64,000 bases of DNA. It comes from an uncultured Candidatus Binatia bacterium (lineage in GTDB: Bacteria > Desulfobacterota > Binatia > UBA9968 > JAJDTQ01). Position 1 is the first letter of the stretch, and each line of letters starts with the position of its first letter. The stretch spans positions 1,792,001 to 1,856,000 of the forward strand of contig OZ243916.1 in assembly GCA_965213675.1 (NCBI GenBank). Reading direction: 5' to 3'. Of this stretch, positions 9,089 to 17,573 are shown in pieces. Both the position numbers and the translations under genes were made by a program. The notes beneath the pieces were generated by a model. It made no database searches and was not told the origin of the DNA. It was given only the letters and a program-made list of their open reading frames with translations.

Positions 9089-10267
9089 ATGGCGGGAACA
9101 CTCGAAGGCATCAGGATTCTGGAACTGTCCAGCTACGTCACCGGCCCATTCGCTTCCATGCTCATGGCGGACCTTGGCGCCGAGGTGATCAAGGTCGAGG
9201 AGCGCGAGCGCGGCGACCCCTTCCGTGGCTGGGGCGGCGGCACGATGTACTCGGCCACCTTTTGCAGCCTGAACCGCAACAAGAAGAGCATCACCCTGGA
9301 CCTGCGCAAGGAAGAAGGTCAGGAAGTGTGCCGCAAGCTCGCCGCCGAGGCGGACGTGCTCATCGAGAACCACCGTCCGGGCGTCATGGCCCGGCGGGGA
9401 CTGGGCTACGATACTCTCCGGGAGTTGAACCCGAAGCTCATCTACTGCTCCATCTCCGGTTTCGGCCAGGAAGGTCCCTACCGCGACCGGCCCGGGTACG
9501 ACACGGTGGGCCAGGGAATGAGCGGCCTCCTGAGTCTGCTGACCGATCCGGACGATCCCAAGGGCATGGGCATCTCCCTCTCGGACCATCTCACCGGAGT
9601 GTACGCGTGCTACGGCGTGCTGGCGGCCTTGGTGAACCGCATGATCACCGGCGAGGGGCAGATCATCGAGACCTCCCTGCTGCGCGCGTCGGTGTCCTTC
9701 ACCGCCGAGAACTGCGCCCGCTACTTCGAGACCGGTGTCGTGCCCAGCCGCGCCGACCGCACCCGCACCGCCGGGGTGTTCGCCTTCGTCGACCGGGACG
9801 GCCGGCCCTTCGTCGTCCACCTGTCCTCGCCCAACAAGTTCTGGCTGGGGCTCGTGAAGGTCGCCGGAAAACCCGAGTGGGGGGAAGACGCGCGCTTCGC
9901 CGACAAGGAAGGACGTACCGAGCACCACGACTTCCTCGAACGGGAGTTCCAGGCCATCTTCGAGCAGGACTCCCGCGACGTGTGGCTGCAGAAACTCCGG
10001 GAGCACGACGTACCCTCCACTCCGCTGAACAACCTCGAGGACATGTTCAACGATCCGCAGGTCAAGCAGTACGGTTTCCCCATCGAGGTGGAGCATCCCA
10101 GGATGGGCAAGGTGAAGCTCGTGGGAAGTGGCGTGAGCATGAGCCGGACGCCGCCCGAGACGCCGACGCCGCCGCCCATGCTCGGGGAGAACACCGACGA
10201 GATCCTGCGGCGAGTCGGCTACACCGCCGAAGCGGTCGATGCGCTGCGCGGCCGGCAGGTCGTCTGA
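9089..10267 (+). CDS. Family III CoA-transferase (CaiB/BaiF)
   Basis: LEGIRILEL, GPFASMLMADLGAEVIKVE, NRNKKSITLDL, ENHRPG and PGYD. Confidence 0.95.
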   Translation: MAGTLEGIRILELSSYVTGPFASMLMADLGAEVIKVEERERGDPFRGWGGGTMYSATFCSLNRNKKSITLDLRKEEGQEVCRKLAAEADVLIENHRPGVMARRGLGYDTLRELNPKLIYCSISGFGQEGPYRDRPGYDTVGQGMSGLLSLLTDPDDPKGMGISLSDHLTGVYACYGVLAALVNRMITGEGQIIETSLLRASVSFTAENCARYFETGVVPSRADRTRTAGVFAFVDRDGRPFVVHLSSPNKFWLGLVKVAGKPEWGEDARFADKEGRTEHHDFLEREFQAIFEQDSRDVWLQKLREHDVPSTPLNNLEDMFNDPQVKQYGFPIEVEHPRMGKVKLVGSGVSMSRTPPETPTPPPMLGENTDEILRRVGYTAEAVDALRGRQVV

Positions 10268-10411
10268 ATATTTGCGTTGATTGTTGGCAACCAAGTCTGC
10301 TAAGTAACGGCTCTCATTCGGATAATTGGCCGACGGCGCCAGCACCGCTGACGCGCAAGGGTCGGTCGGCGGCAATGGGCGCCAAACAGAACGGGATATC
10401 AGGAAATCGTC

Positions 10412-11701
10412 ATGATGCACTCTACGAAAGTTATCGGCCTTGCAGTTGCGTTGTCCCTCTCCCTTGCCGCCTGCGTCTCCACCGACGAGCACGAACGGGT
10501 GAAGCAGGAGCGAGACCAGGCATCGCAGGCGAAGGAACAGGCCGAAGCCAAGGTCGCCGAGTTGACGAAAACCCTGGAGCAACGCGGCCAGGAGGTCGAG
10601 GCTCTCCAGACGAAGGGCCAGGAGATGGAGCAGGCGGCGACGGCGTCCAAGAGCGCTCTGGAACAGAGCGGGAAGGACCTCGCGGCCGCGAACAAGCAAG
10701 TCAAGGAGTTGAACGCGGCGGTGGCCACCCTCACCGGCGAGCGGGACAGTGCGCGCAAGAACGCCGATGACACGGCCCGGCAGCTCGCCGACAAGACCAA
10801 GGCCGCCGATGATCTCGCCGCCCAACTCACCGACAAAAGCAAGACTGCCGACGATCTCGCTGCCCAACTCGCTGACAAAGGCAAGACTGCCGACGATCTC
10901 GCCGCTCAACTCGCTGACAAAAGCAAGACTGCCGACGATCTCGCTGCCCAACTCGCTGACAAAAACAAGGCCGCCGACGACCTCGCCGCCCAACTCGCCG
11001 ACAAAGGCAAGGCCGCCGATGATCTCACTGCCCAACTCGCCGACAAAAGCAAGGCCGCCGATGATCTCACTGCCCAACTCGCTGACAAAAGCAAGGCCGC
11101 CGATGATCTCGCTGCCCAACTCGCCGACAAAAGCAAGACTGCCGACGATCTCGCCGCAGCCAAGGCCGAACTGGAGAAGAACGCCGCCGCGCTATCGGCC
11201 AAGCAGGACGAGTTGAACGGACGGCTGAAGGGACTTGAGCAGCAGATGGCGCAGAAGGACACGTCCCTCGCCGAAGCGCGCGCCCGAGCCGACGGGCTGA
11301 ATGCAGCAAAGCAGTCGCTGGAAGCAGCGGTTGCCAAGCAGACAGCAGCCTCGGCTCAAGCAAACAAGGAACTGGCGCAGGCGAAGCAGTCCCTTCAGCA
11401 GTTCCGGCGCTCACTGGGCCAGACCCGCGCCGAGAAGGACAAGGCGCTCGCTGACATCGCCGCCAGGGACAAGGCGTTGGCTGAAATGGCCACCAAGGAA
11501 AAAGAGGCGGCCAGGAAGCTCGCGACAGCCCAGGCTGCCCACGGCAAGGCGCTTCAGAAACTCCGGCGGCAGCTGACCGAAGCCAACGCTGAGAAGGACA
11601 AGGCCCTTGCCGGTCTCGCCGCCAAGGAGAAGGAGCTGGCCGAGATGGCCGCCAAGGCCCCGGCACCCGCCAGCGAGCCGGGCGGCGCCCAGCAGCCCTA
11701 G
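10412..11701 (+). CDS. Long coiled-coil lipoprotein with 14-aa tandem repeats
   Basis: Signal peptide with lipobox LAAC; A/K/E/Q-rich heptads throughout; TAG stop lies in the MITE CTAG. Confidence 0.85.
   Translation: MMHSTKVIGLAVALSLSLAACVSTDEHERVKQERDQASQAKEQAEAKVAELTKTLEQRGQEVEALQTKGQEMEQAATASKSALEQSGKDLAAANKQVKELNAAVATLTGERDSARKNADDTARQLADKTKAADDLAAQLTDKSKTADDLAAQLADKGKTADDLAAQLADKSKTADDLAAQLADKNKAADDLAAQLADKGKAADDLTAQLADKSKAADDLTAQLADKSKAADDLAAQLADKSKTADDLAAAKAELEKNAAALSAKQDELNGRLKGLEQQMAQKDTSLAEARARADGLNAAKQSLEAAVAKQTAASAQANKELAQAKQSLQQFRRSLGQTRAEKDKALADIAARDKALAEMATKEKEAARKLATAQAAHGKALQKLRRQLTEANAEKDKALAGLAAKEKELAEMAAKAPAPASEPGGAQQP
10781..11158 (+). repeat. In-frame 42-bp tandem repeat, 9 copies (QLADKxK[A/T]ADDL[A/T]A)
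   Basis: Nine consecutive units of about CAACTCGCYGACAAAAGCAAGRCYGCCGAYGATCTCGCTGCC. Confidence 0.95.
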
Positions 11702-11862
11702 TGTGGTGTCTGGTTAATTCGCGTCATAATCTGCGGAGGATTTTTAGTTGTCGGCAAGGCGCGATGACGAGCAGTGGCGGGTACCACGCGAGGAAGAGCA
11801 ACGCAGCCGACGGCGAATAAGACCCGCAGATTATGACGCGTATTAACCAGACACCACACTAG
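11698..11862 (+). mobile_element. MITE copy B (165 bp, CTAG at both ends)
   Basis: CTAG + 35-bp TIR + 87-bp core + TIR + CTAG; about 7 differences from the reverse complement of copy A by manual comparison. Confidence 0.92.
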
Positions 11863-11902
11863 TAGCCTGCGCCGCGATGCGCGGCGCGGTCCGGCCGGGC
11901 CC

Positions 11903-12628
11903 TCAGTGCTTGATCGCGGGCCAGTCGTACAGCAGCTTGCCGTAGCCGGAGATGCTGCAAGAAAAACCCACCCTGGAAAGCATGTACCAGAGCATGGCGG
12001 GATTGCTGGCCACCACCGGTCGCGCCAAGTCGTGCTCGATGCGTTCCATCACCGCCAACGGGTCCAGCACCGCCCCCTGGAAATAGATGGCCTGCACCTC
12101 GGGATTGGCCTGGAAGGCCGTTTCCGTAAGGGCGTACACGTCCGCAGGCGCCACCTCCATGGCATCGCGATAATCGTCGAAGGTGTCGGCTGGCGAGATG
12201 GCCTCGACACCGCAGCCGGCAAGATAATCGCGGATCAGCTTGTTCATGGGCTCCACAAACGGCGTCAGCAGTAGCACCTTGGGGGTCGAGAGCGACTTCA
12301 GGGCCTCCGCGCAGGACTCCAGGGCCGTGGTCACCGGCACGTCCACCGCGTCCTTGAGCCTTCCCAGGAGCCCCGGATTGAGCACCTCCACCGGTGCGCC
12401 GCTGACAATGACGCCCTGCCAACCGCGCTCCCGCGCCAGCCTCGCGGAGGTCTCCACTACATGGTCGCCCGTGCCCCGGAGGCTCTCCAGGGGGCCGCGC
12501 ACGATGCCCAGCCCCTCGAACTCCACCTCCACTTCCGCGGGGATGAACGCCCGGAACGGTTCGAAGTGGGGACTCGAGCTCGAAATGGGCGTCACGAAAC
12601 CGACCTTGACCTTTGTCGCATCTGCCAT
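11903..12628 (-). CDS. Asp/Glu racemase-fold protein (maleate isomerase/arylmalonate decarboxylase-like)
   Basis: VGFVTP, VPVTTALES, VLLLTPF and RPVVASNPAMLW; AAGGAGG SD. Confidence 0.82.
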   Translation of the reverse strand: MADATKVKVGFVTPISSSSPHFEPFRAFIPAEVEVEFEGLGIVRGPLESLRGTGDHVVETSARLARERGWQGVIVSGAPVEVLNPGLLGRLKDAVDVPVTTALESCAEALKSLSTPKVLLLTPFVEPMNKLIRDYLAGCGVEAISPADTFDDYRDAMEVAPADVYALTETAFQANPEVQAIYFQGAVLDPLAVMERIEHDLARPVVASNPAMLWYMLSRVGFSCSISGYGKLLYDWPAIKH

Positions 12629-12680
12629 GGGCACCTCCTTCGAGCAAAATTGGCCTTTCCCTGCCTCTCGCTACGATTCG

Positions 12681-12701
12681 ATTAACCAGACACCACACTA
12701 G
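12681..12701 (-). mobile_element. Solo MITE end (21 bp)
   Basis: ATTAACCAGACACCACACTAG is identical to the MITE terminus and contains the TAG stop of the TraB-family gene. Confidence 0.85.
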
Positions 12702-13897
12702 AATGAACGCGCCGCGATCCAACTGCCGCCGATGAACGTTCCCAAAGTGCTGCCCAGGTTCGAGAAGACCACCACCAGCAGGATGCGTGACACCGGGTTG
12801 CGCCACAGTCCCTTGGGGAACGCGGTCACCACCTCGGACATGCCCTCCAGATCCGCCACGGTGGGCTTCTTGACCCAGGCCTGAACGAACCCCGAGACCC
12901 AGCCCGCGGCGATGGTCGGGTTGAGGCTGGTGACCGGAGCGGCCAGAAAGGCTGCCAGCACGGTGATCGGATGCCCCAGGGCCAGGGCTGCGCCCGCGGC
13001 CGCGAGCACGCCATTCACCAGCACCCATATGGAGAGGGACTCAAGGGAATGGGCGGCCCCGGTGCTGTAGAAACCATACGCGATGATGGCCAGGATCAGT
13101 GCGGGCACCACCCACTTGATGCTCCTGGCCCAGAGGGACGGCTCCGGGACTTCTTCCAGCGCGTCGAGGGAATGTTCCCGTTCAATTGCCCGTGTAATTC
13201 CGGGGACGTGCCCGGCGCCCACCACGGCCACGACACGCTCGCCCTCGGCTTCCCGGATCTTCTGCGCCAGGTAGATGTCACGCTCGTCGATGAGGCTCCG
13301 CTTCACCGCCGGGAAGGCCTTGGCGAACTCCAGCAGGACGTCCTCCAGGCGATCCGCCTGCTTGAGTTCATCCACCGCCTGCCTGTCGACCTCCGGCTCG
13401 GCCAGCGCGCTGCTCAGAAGGACGAACAGCGCCTTGAGCTTGTTCCAGAGGCTCAGACTCCTCCAGGTGCGCTTCAGAGTCACCTGGACATCGCGGTCCA
13501 CCAGCACCAGGTCCACGCCCCGCTCCTGCGCCAAGCGCACGCCTTCCAGCATGTCCGCCCCCGGCCGCACGCCGAGACGGTCGCCCATGCGCTTGTAGAA
13601 GGCCGACATGATCAGATGGCTCAACAGAAGCGCCGCCTTGCCTTCCCTGATGACCTTGAAGACGTTCATCTTCTGCCATGCGTCGGGCCGGGTGAAGGAC
13701 TCGTAGCGGGCCTGGCACAATTCCACGCAGATGGCGTCGGGGTTCACCAACTCGACGGTCCTGCGCACATCGTCGACACTCTCCAGGGATACGTGCGCGG
13801 TGCCGACCAGGTAGACCTCCCGGCCCCGATCGTTCAACCGCCGTGCATACGCGGGCAACCCGCCCACGCCCGGCGCCTTCGAGGCATCGATTTCCAC
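12698..13897 (-). CDS. TraB/PrgY/GumN (Tiki-like) family protein with C-terminal TM region
   Basis: YLVGTAHVS, ICVELC, PGADM, LIDERD and VVGAGH; probable GTG start just after the creatininase stop. Confidence 0.9.
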   Translation of the reverse strand: MEIDASKAPGVGGLPAYARRLNDRGREVYLVGTAHVSLESVDDVRRTVELVNPDAICVELCQARYESFTRPDAWQKMNVFKVIREGKAALLLSHLIMSAFYKRMGDRLGVRPGADMLEGVRLAQERGVDLVLVDRDVQVTLKRTWRSLSLWNKLKALFVLLSSALAEPEVDRQAVDELKQADRLEDVLLEFAKAFPAVKRSLIDERDIYLAQKIREAEGERVVAVVGAGHVPGITRAIEREHSLDALEEVPEPSLWARSIKWVVPALILAIIAYGFYSTGAAHSLESLSIWVLVNGVLAAAGAALALGHPITVLAAFLAAPVTSLNPTIAAGWVSGFVQAWVKKPTVADLEGMSEVVTAFPKGLWRNPVSRILLVVVFSNLGSTLGTFIGGSWIAARSF

Positions 13898-13902
13898 GCG
13901 AT

Positions 13903-14718
13903 TCAGACCTGGGCCACCGGGCCGTTGTAGTTCCTGAGCCAACCGATGAACTGCACGATCTGGTCGACCATGTAGTCGTGGTAGGCCTTGCCCTTCTCGG
14001 GCGACGCCTTGATGGAGGGGCTGAAGGAGCCCGTGGGCACGATGCGGCGCTGTTCCGCGCTGGTCCACGGGATGTCGATGACCTCGTGGGGCGCGGAGAA
14101 GAGGTCGCCGTGGGACCACGGCGAGAAGTTCTTGTCGAAGTCCACCTGCGACGTGGTCAGCTTCTCCGGCTTGACCAGGTGGGGGAATTTGTACCAGCAC
14201 TCCGAGATTTCCAGCTCGCCGCTGTGGTGCTCCTTCGCTTCCTTGAGCTCGTTGGCGATCTTCTTGGCAATCTTTATCGGATCGATGACCGCGAAAAAGA
14301 CTTCGGGCATCTCGTACTCGCGCAGGTTCTTGGTGGCCGCCAGCAGGCCGGGCAGGTTCGCGCCCTTGTGGCCGTTGATGATGAGGATCTTCCGGAACCC
14401 GTGCTTCGCCAGACTGCGGCTCATGTCCTGGATCACCGCCATCAACGTCTCGGTGCGGAGCGAGATGGTCCCGGGAAACCCCAGGTGATGCGGCGAATCG
14501 CCGAACCAGAGGGGCGGCGCGCACACCGTTCCGGTGGCCCGCGCCACGTCCTCCGCCAAGGCGATGGCGATGAGGCAGTCGAGACCGAGGGGTCCGGCGG
14601 GGCCGTGTTCCTCGGTGCTCCCCACCGGGCAGATGATGATATCCGAGTCCTGAAGGTACGCCGCGACGTCCTCCCAGGTCAGTTCCTGGAGCCATACGGA
14701 ACCCGTTTGCTCCGGCAT
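13903..14718 (-). CDS. Creatininase/creatinine amidohydrolase family protein
   Basis: ELTWED, PVGSTEEHGP, SPHHLGFPGT, INGHKGAN and HHSGELE; AAGGAG SD. Confidence 0.92.
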   Translation of the reverse strand: MPEQTGSVWLQELTWEDVAAYLQDSDIIICPVGSTEEHGPAGPLGLDCLIAIALAEDVARATGTVCAPPLWFGDSPHHLGFPGTISLRTETLMAVIQDMSRSLAKHGFRKILIINGHKGANLPGLLAATKNLREYEMPEVFFAVIDPIKIAKKIANELKEAKEHHSGELEISECWYKFPHLVKPEKLTTSQVDFDKNFSPWSHGDLFSAPHEVIDIPWTSAEQRRIVPTGSFSPSIKASPEKGKAYHDYMVDQIVQFIGWLRNYNGPVAQV

Positions 14719-14868
14719 GTTCATCTCCTTGTTTGCGACGTGCGGCCCTCGTCCTTCGAACTTGCCCCTCGAGTTCGTGCTTCGACCCTGACCGGACAGG
14801 CCCGCGGAAGGGCTCGGGACGGGGCTGTCGCAGCGAAATCGAACGACGCCAACCTGTCGTGCCAACGC

Positions 14869-15852
14869 CTACTTGATGGCCAACGGATTCGTGGGCGACC
14901 CCACCGCGCCCGTGACCGGCAGCGCCGGCGCCACGAACATGAACTCATAGCGGCTGTCGTCAGCGCAGTCTTCCGCCAATTCCTCCAGGTGGAAAATCTC
15001 GCCCACCGTCAGTCCCATGTTGGGGATGCTCACCCAGTGCCAGGGTTGCGTCGCGTCACGGGTCTGGTTGGGCCGCACCTCCACCCCCCAAGTGTCGGTA
15101 GCCACGGCGGCCACCTCCCGGTGGTGGAGCCAGTCGAGGGTATCGAACCCGAGGCCCGGCGCGTCCCCGCCGGGATAACCGTCCCAGGACCCGGAGTCCA
15201 GCTTGGCCTTCATCTGTCCGGTCCGCACAAGCAGGTAGTCGCCCCGGCGTACGTCCACACCCTGGGCTGCCAGGGTCTCGTCCAGGTCGTCGCTGGTGAT
15301 GGCGTAGCCGTCCTCCAGCCAATCGCTGCCCTTGGCCCGGGCCACGTCCAGCAGCACGCCGCGCCCGACCATCTTCTCCCGCGTCTTCTCGATGCCGTTC
15401 TTCGCCGCGCCGCCGGAGGTCACCAGGCGGCAGTCATAACCATTGTACATGAAGTCGTCGTAGAAGATGTGCGCCAGGCCGTCCCACTGGGTGCCGGCCT
15501 GAAGCGGCATGATGATGATGTCATCGGCGCCGCGGATGCGCCGGTGGTCGAGCACACCCGACCAAGCGTCCGTGCCGGTGCGCAGCATCAGGTGGATTGG
15601 ATTGAAACGGCCCATGGCCGGGTAGTTGCTCTTGCCGCTTTGCGGACCGGCGGAATCGTAGGCGAGGGCCAGGGAGAACACGCGCCCCGTGCGCACGAGT
15701 CCCGCCGCGGCAACAATGTCCTCGGGCTTGGTGAAGTTGAGAGTGCCGATCTCGTCGTCCTTGCCCCAGCGCCCCCAGTTGCGCAGCCGCTCCGCGGTCT
15801 CCCGAAGCCGTTTCATCGTCAGTCTCGGGCGTCTTCTGGTGGCCAAGCTCAA
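14869..15852 (-). CDS. Cyclase family (kynurenine formamidase-like) metal hydrolase
   Basis: NWGRWGKDDEIGTLN, QAGTQWDGLAH, GRGVLLDV, LVRTG and GAVGSPTNP; start uncertain (15852 or 15816). Confidence 0.9.
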   Translation of the reverse strand: MSLATRRRPRLTMKRLRETAERLRNWGRWGKDDEIGTLNFTKPEDIVAAAGLVRTGRVFSLALAYDSAGPQSGKSNYPAMGRFNPIHLMLRTGTDAWSGVLDHRRIRGADDIIIMPLQAGTQWDGLAHIFYDDFMYNGYDCRLVTSGGAAKNGIEKTREKMVGRGVLLDVARAKGSDWLEDGYAITSDDLDETLAAQGVDVRRGDYLLVRTGQMKAKLDSGSWDGYPGGDAPGLGFDTLDWLHHREVAAVATDTWGVEVRPNQTRDATQPWHWVSIPNMGLTVGEIFHLEELAEDCADDSRYEFMFVAPALPVTGAVGSPTNPLAIK

Positions 15853-15909
15853 CCTCCCGAGCCACTCCCGGGTTGAAAGTCCTGCCGGGATCGCCTATGA
15901 AACTCCGTC

Positions 15910-16173
15910 ATGCCGTCGTTGGCCGACAACGCCCAGGGTCGGAAAGTGATGCTCGGATTCGTGGTGCGGCGTTGCGCCAGGGAACTGGGACACCGCCCCA
16001 CGCCGGACGAGTTCGCCCTCTGGGCCAACAACCAGATACGTGACGGGGAACGTTACCACATCTTCGGACAGGCCATCTCGGCCGAGGCCGCCAGGATCAT
16101 GCTGCGCAGCCTCGACCGGCTCGTCACCGTCCGTTCCCCGGACGTGCTCCTCGGACAGCCCGAAGCTTCTTGA
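15910..16173 (+). CDS. Small hypothetical protein with RELGHRPTPDEFA motif
   Basis: 87-aa ORF filling the gap between two minus-strand genes; GC-rich third positions; protein-like composition. Confidence 0.65.
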   Translation: MPSLADNAQGRKVMLGFVVRRCARELGHRPTPDEFALWANNQIRDGERYHIFGQAISAEAARIMLRSLDRLVTVRSPDVLLGQPEAS

Positions 16174-16190
16174 GGCGCTGTCCCGTCCCT

Positions 16191-17342
16191 TCAGGAAGCC
16201 TTCCTCGCCAGGTCGCTGATGTCCAGGTTGTAGAGCCGGGCGCCGTTGTCCCGCAGGATGCGGGTCTTGACGCTCTCGCTCATGTCCGTGCGCTGCTTGA
16301 GGTAGTCGCTGGACAGCACCTCGCGGTCGCCGTGGGGCATGTCGGAGCCGTACACCACCTGTCCCTCGCCCACCAGTTCCACCACCTGCGGGAGCAGCGT
16401 GTCCTCCACTTCCGCGCTCAGATAGAGGTTGCCCTGCCGGACGTAATCCATGGGCGCCAGCTTGGCCTTGGGCACCGTGTCCGGGAGAATGTCCGCGAGG
16501 AAATTGCCCGAGTGACCGAAGCGGTGGTCGAGGCGGTCGATCATGAAGTGGACCCACTGGCAGCCGGCCTCCAGGAATCCCACGCGCATGGTGGGGAACC
16601 GGTCCAGCAGCCCGCTGTTGATCATGGACGAGAAGCCGAGGAGCACCGGAATCAGGAACGCGTTCACCGAAGACGGATAGATGTGGGTGAAGAGGCCTGA
16701 AATGGCCGGACACGCCCAGCCCACATGAATCGCCAGAGTCAGGTCCCGCTCCACCAGCGCCTCGTAGAACGGCAGGAACGCGGGATCATCGAGAAGCCTG
16801 TCGCCGATGGTGCCCAGCAGCATGACGGCGACCGCGCCCAGCTCGTGGGCTTCCTTCACCTGAGCCACTGCCCCTTCGACGTCGTCGAGATTCACCACCG
16901 CGGCCCACTTGAGCCGCTCATGGGCGCCGATCTGATCGCCCAGGAAGCGGTTGTACGCGGTGCTCATGGCCGTTACCAGTGGCGGGTTCGCGGCCAGCGG
17001 GTACGCCAGGAACAAGGTGGGATAGAGCACCTGGAGCGAGATCCCCTCCTTGTCCATGGCCTCGATCCGTTCCTTGACGCCGTGGATCTCCATGCTGCCG
17101 ATGGTGTCGGACTTCTTCTGCGCGTGGGGCGTCTTCTTGCCCTGGTAGCTCGCCGGCGTACCGAGGTTATGGGCGCCGCGGCCGACTCGGCGCGGGTACA
17201 TCTGCTCCTCGATCATCCAGTAGACCATCTTGTCGACAGCCACGACGCGCGGACGCTGAGCGCGGAACGCCGGGTCGAAGTACTTGTCGCTGAACGTGGT
17301 CTCGCTTTCTTCGACGTGTCCGTCGGCATCCACCAGGTACAT
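16191..17342 (-). CDS. Amidohydrolase_2 family protein
   Basis: VDADGHVEE, LYPTLFL, IHVG, FLEAG and YGSDMPH; GGAGG SD. Confidence 0.9.
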   Translation of the reverse strand: MYLVDADGHVEESETTFSDKYFDPAFRAQRPRVVAVDKMVYWMIEEQMYPRRVGRGAHNLGTPASYQGKKTPHAQKKSDTIGSMEIHGVKERIEAMDKEGISLQVLYPTLFLAYPLAANPPLVTAMSTAYNRFLGDQIGAHERLKWAAVVNLDDVEGAVAQVKEAHELGAVAVMLLGTIGDRLLDDPAFLPFYEALVERDLTLAIHVGWACPAISGLFTHIYPSSVNAFLIPVLLGFSSMINSGLLDRFPTMRVGFLEAGCQWVHFMIDRLDHRFGHSGNFLADILPDTVPKAKLAPMDYVRQGNLYLSAEVEDTLLPQVVELVGEGQVVYGSDMPHGDREVLSSDYLKQRTDMSESVKTRILRDNGARLYNLDISDLARKAS

Positions 17343-17478
17343 AATTTCACCTCCGTGCGTTGGGTCGGTTGGGGTCGGGTCCTGCCATCGCCGCAAGGGC
17401 GACCCTCTGGATGTAGCCCAACCCATGGGGCAGTTCAAGGCTGGCGATGGGCACGGCGAGGCGCGTTGCCGTCGCGCG

Positions 17479-17507
17479 TTGACACGGCGGGAAAAGTTCT
17501 CTACGGT
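17479..17507 (+). promoter_or_regulatory. Sigma70-like promoter of the NitT/TauT ABC operon
   Basis: TTGACA-17 bp-TACGGT upstream of ATG 17574. Confidence 0.6.
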
Positions 17508-17573
17508 TCGGGGCTTTGTGGATGAGTCCGCGTGTCACCGGACGTACTCATGACAACCGACAGGGAGGAAATC

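Noticed and set aside
10284-10302. Sigma54 promoter-like TTGGCAACCAAGTCTGC upstream of the lipoprotein
   Set aside because: GG-to-GC spacing is 11 nt rather than the required 10
10781-11158. Regular repeats as a possible CRISPR array
   Set aside because: Units are contiguous with no unique spacers, in frame within a CDS, and no cas genes are present
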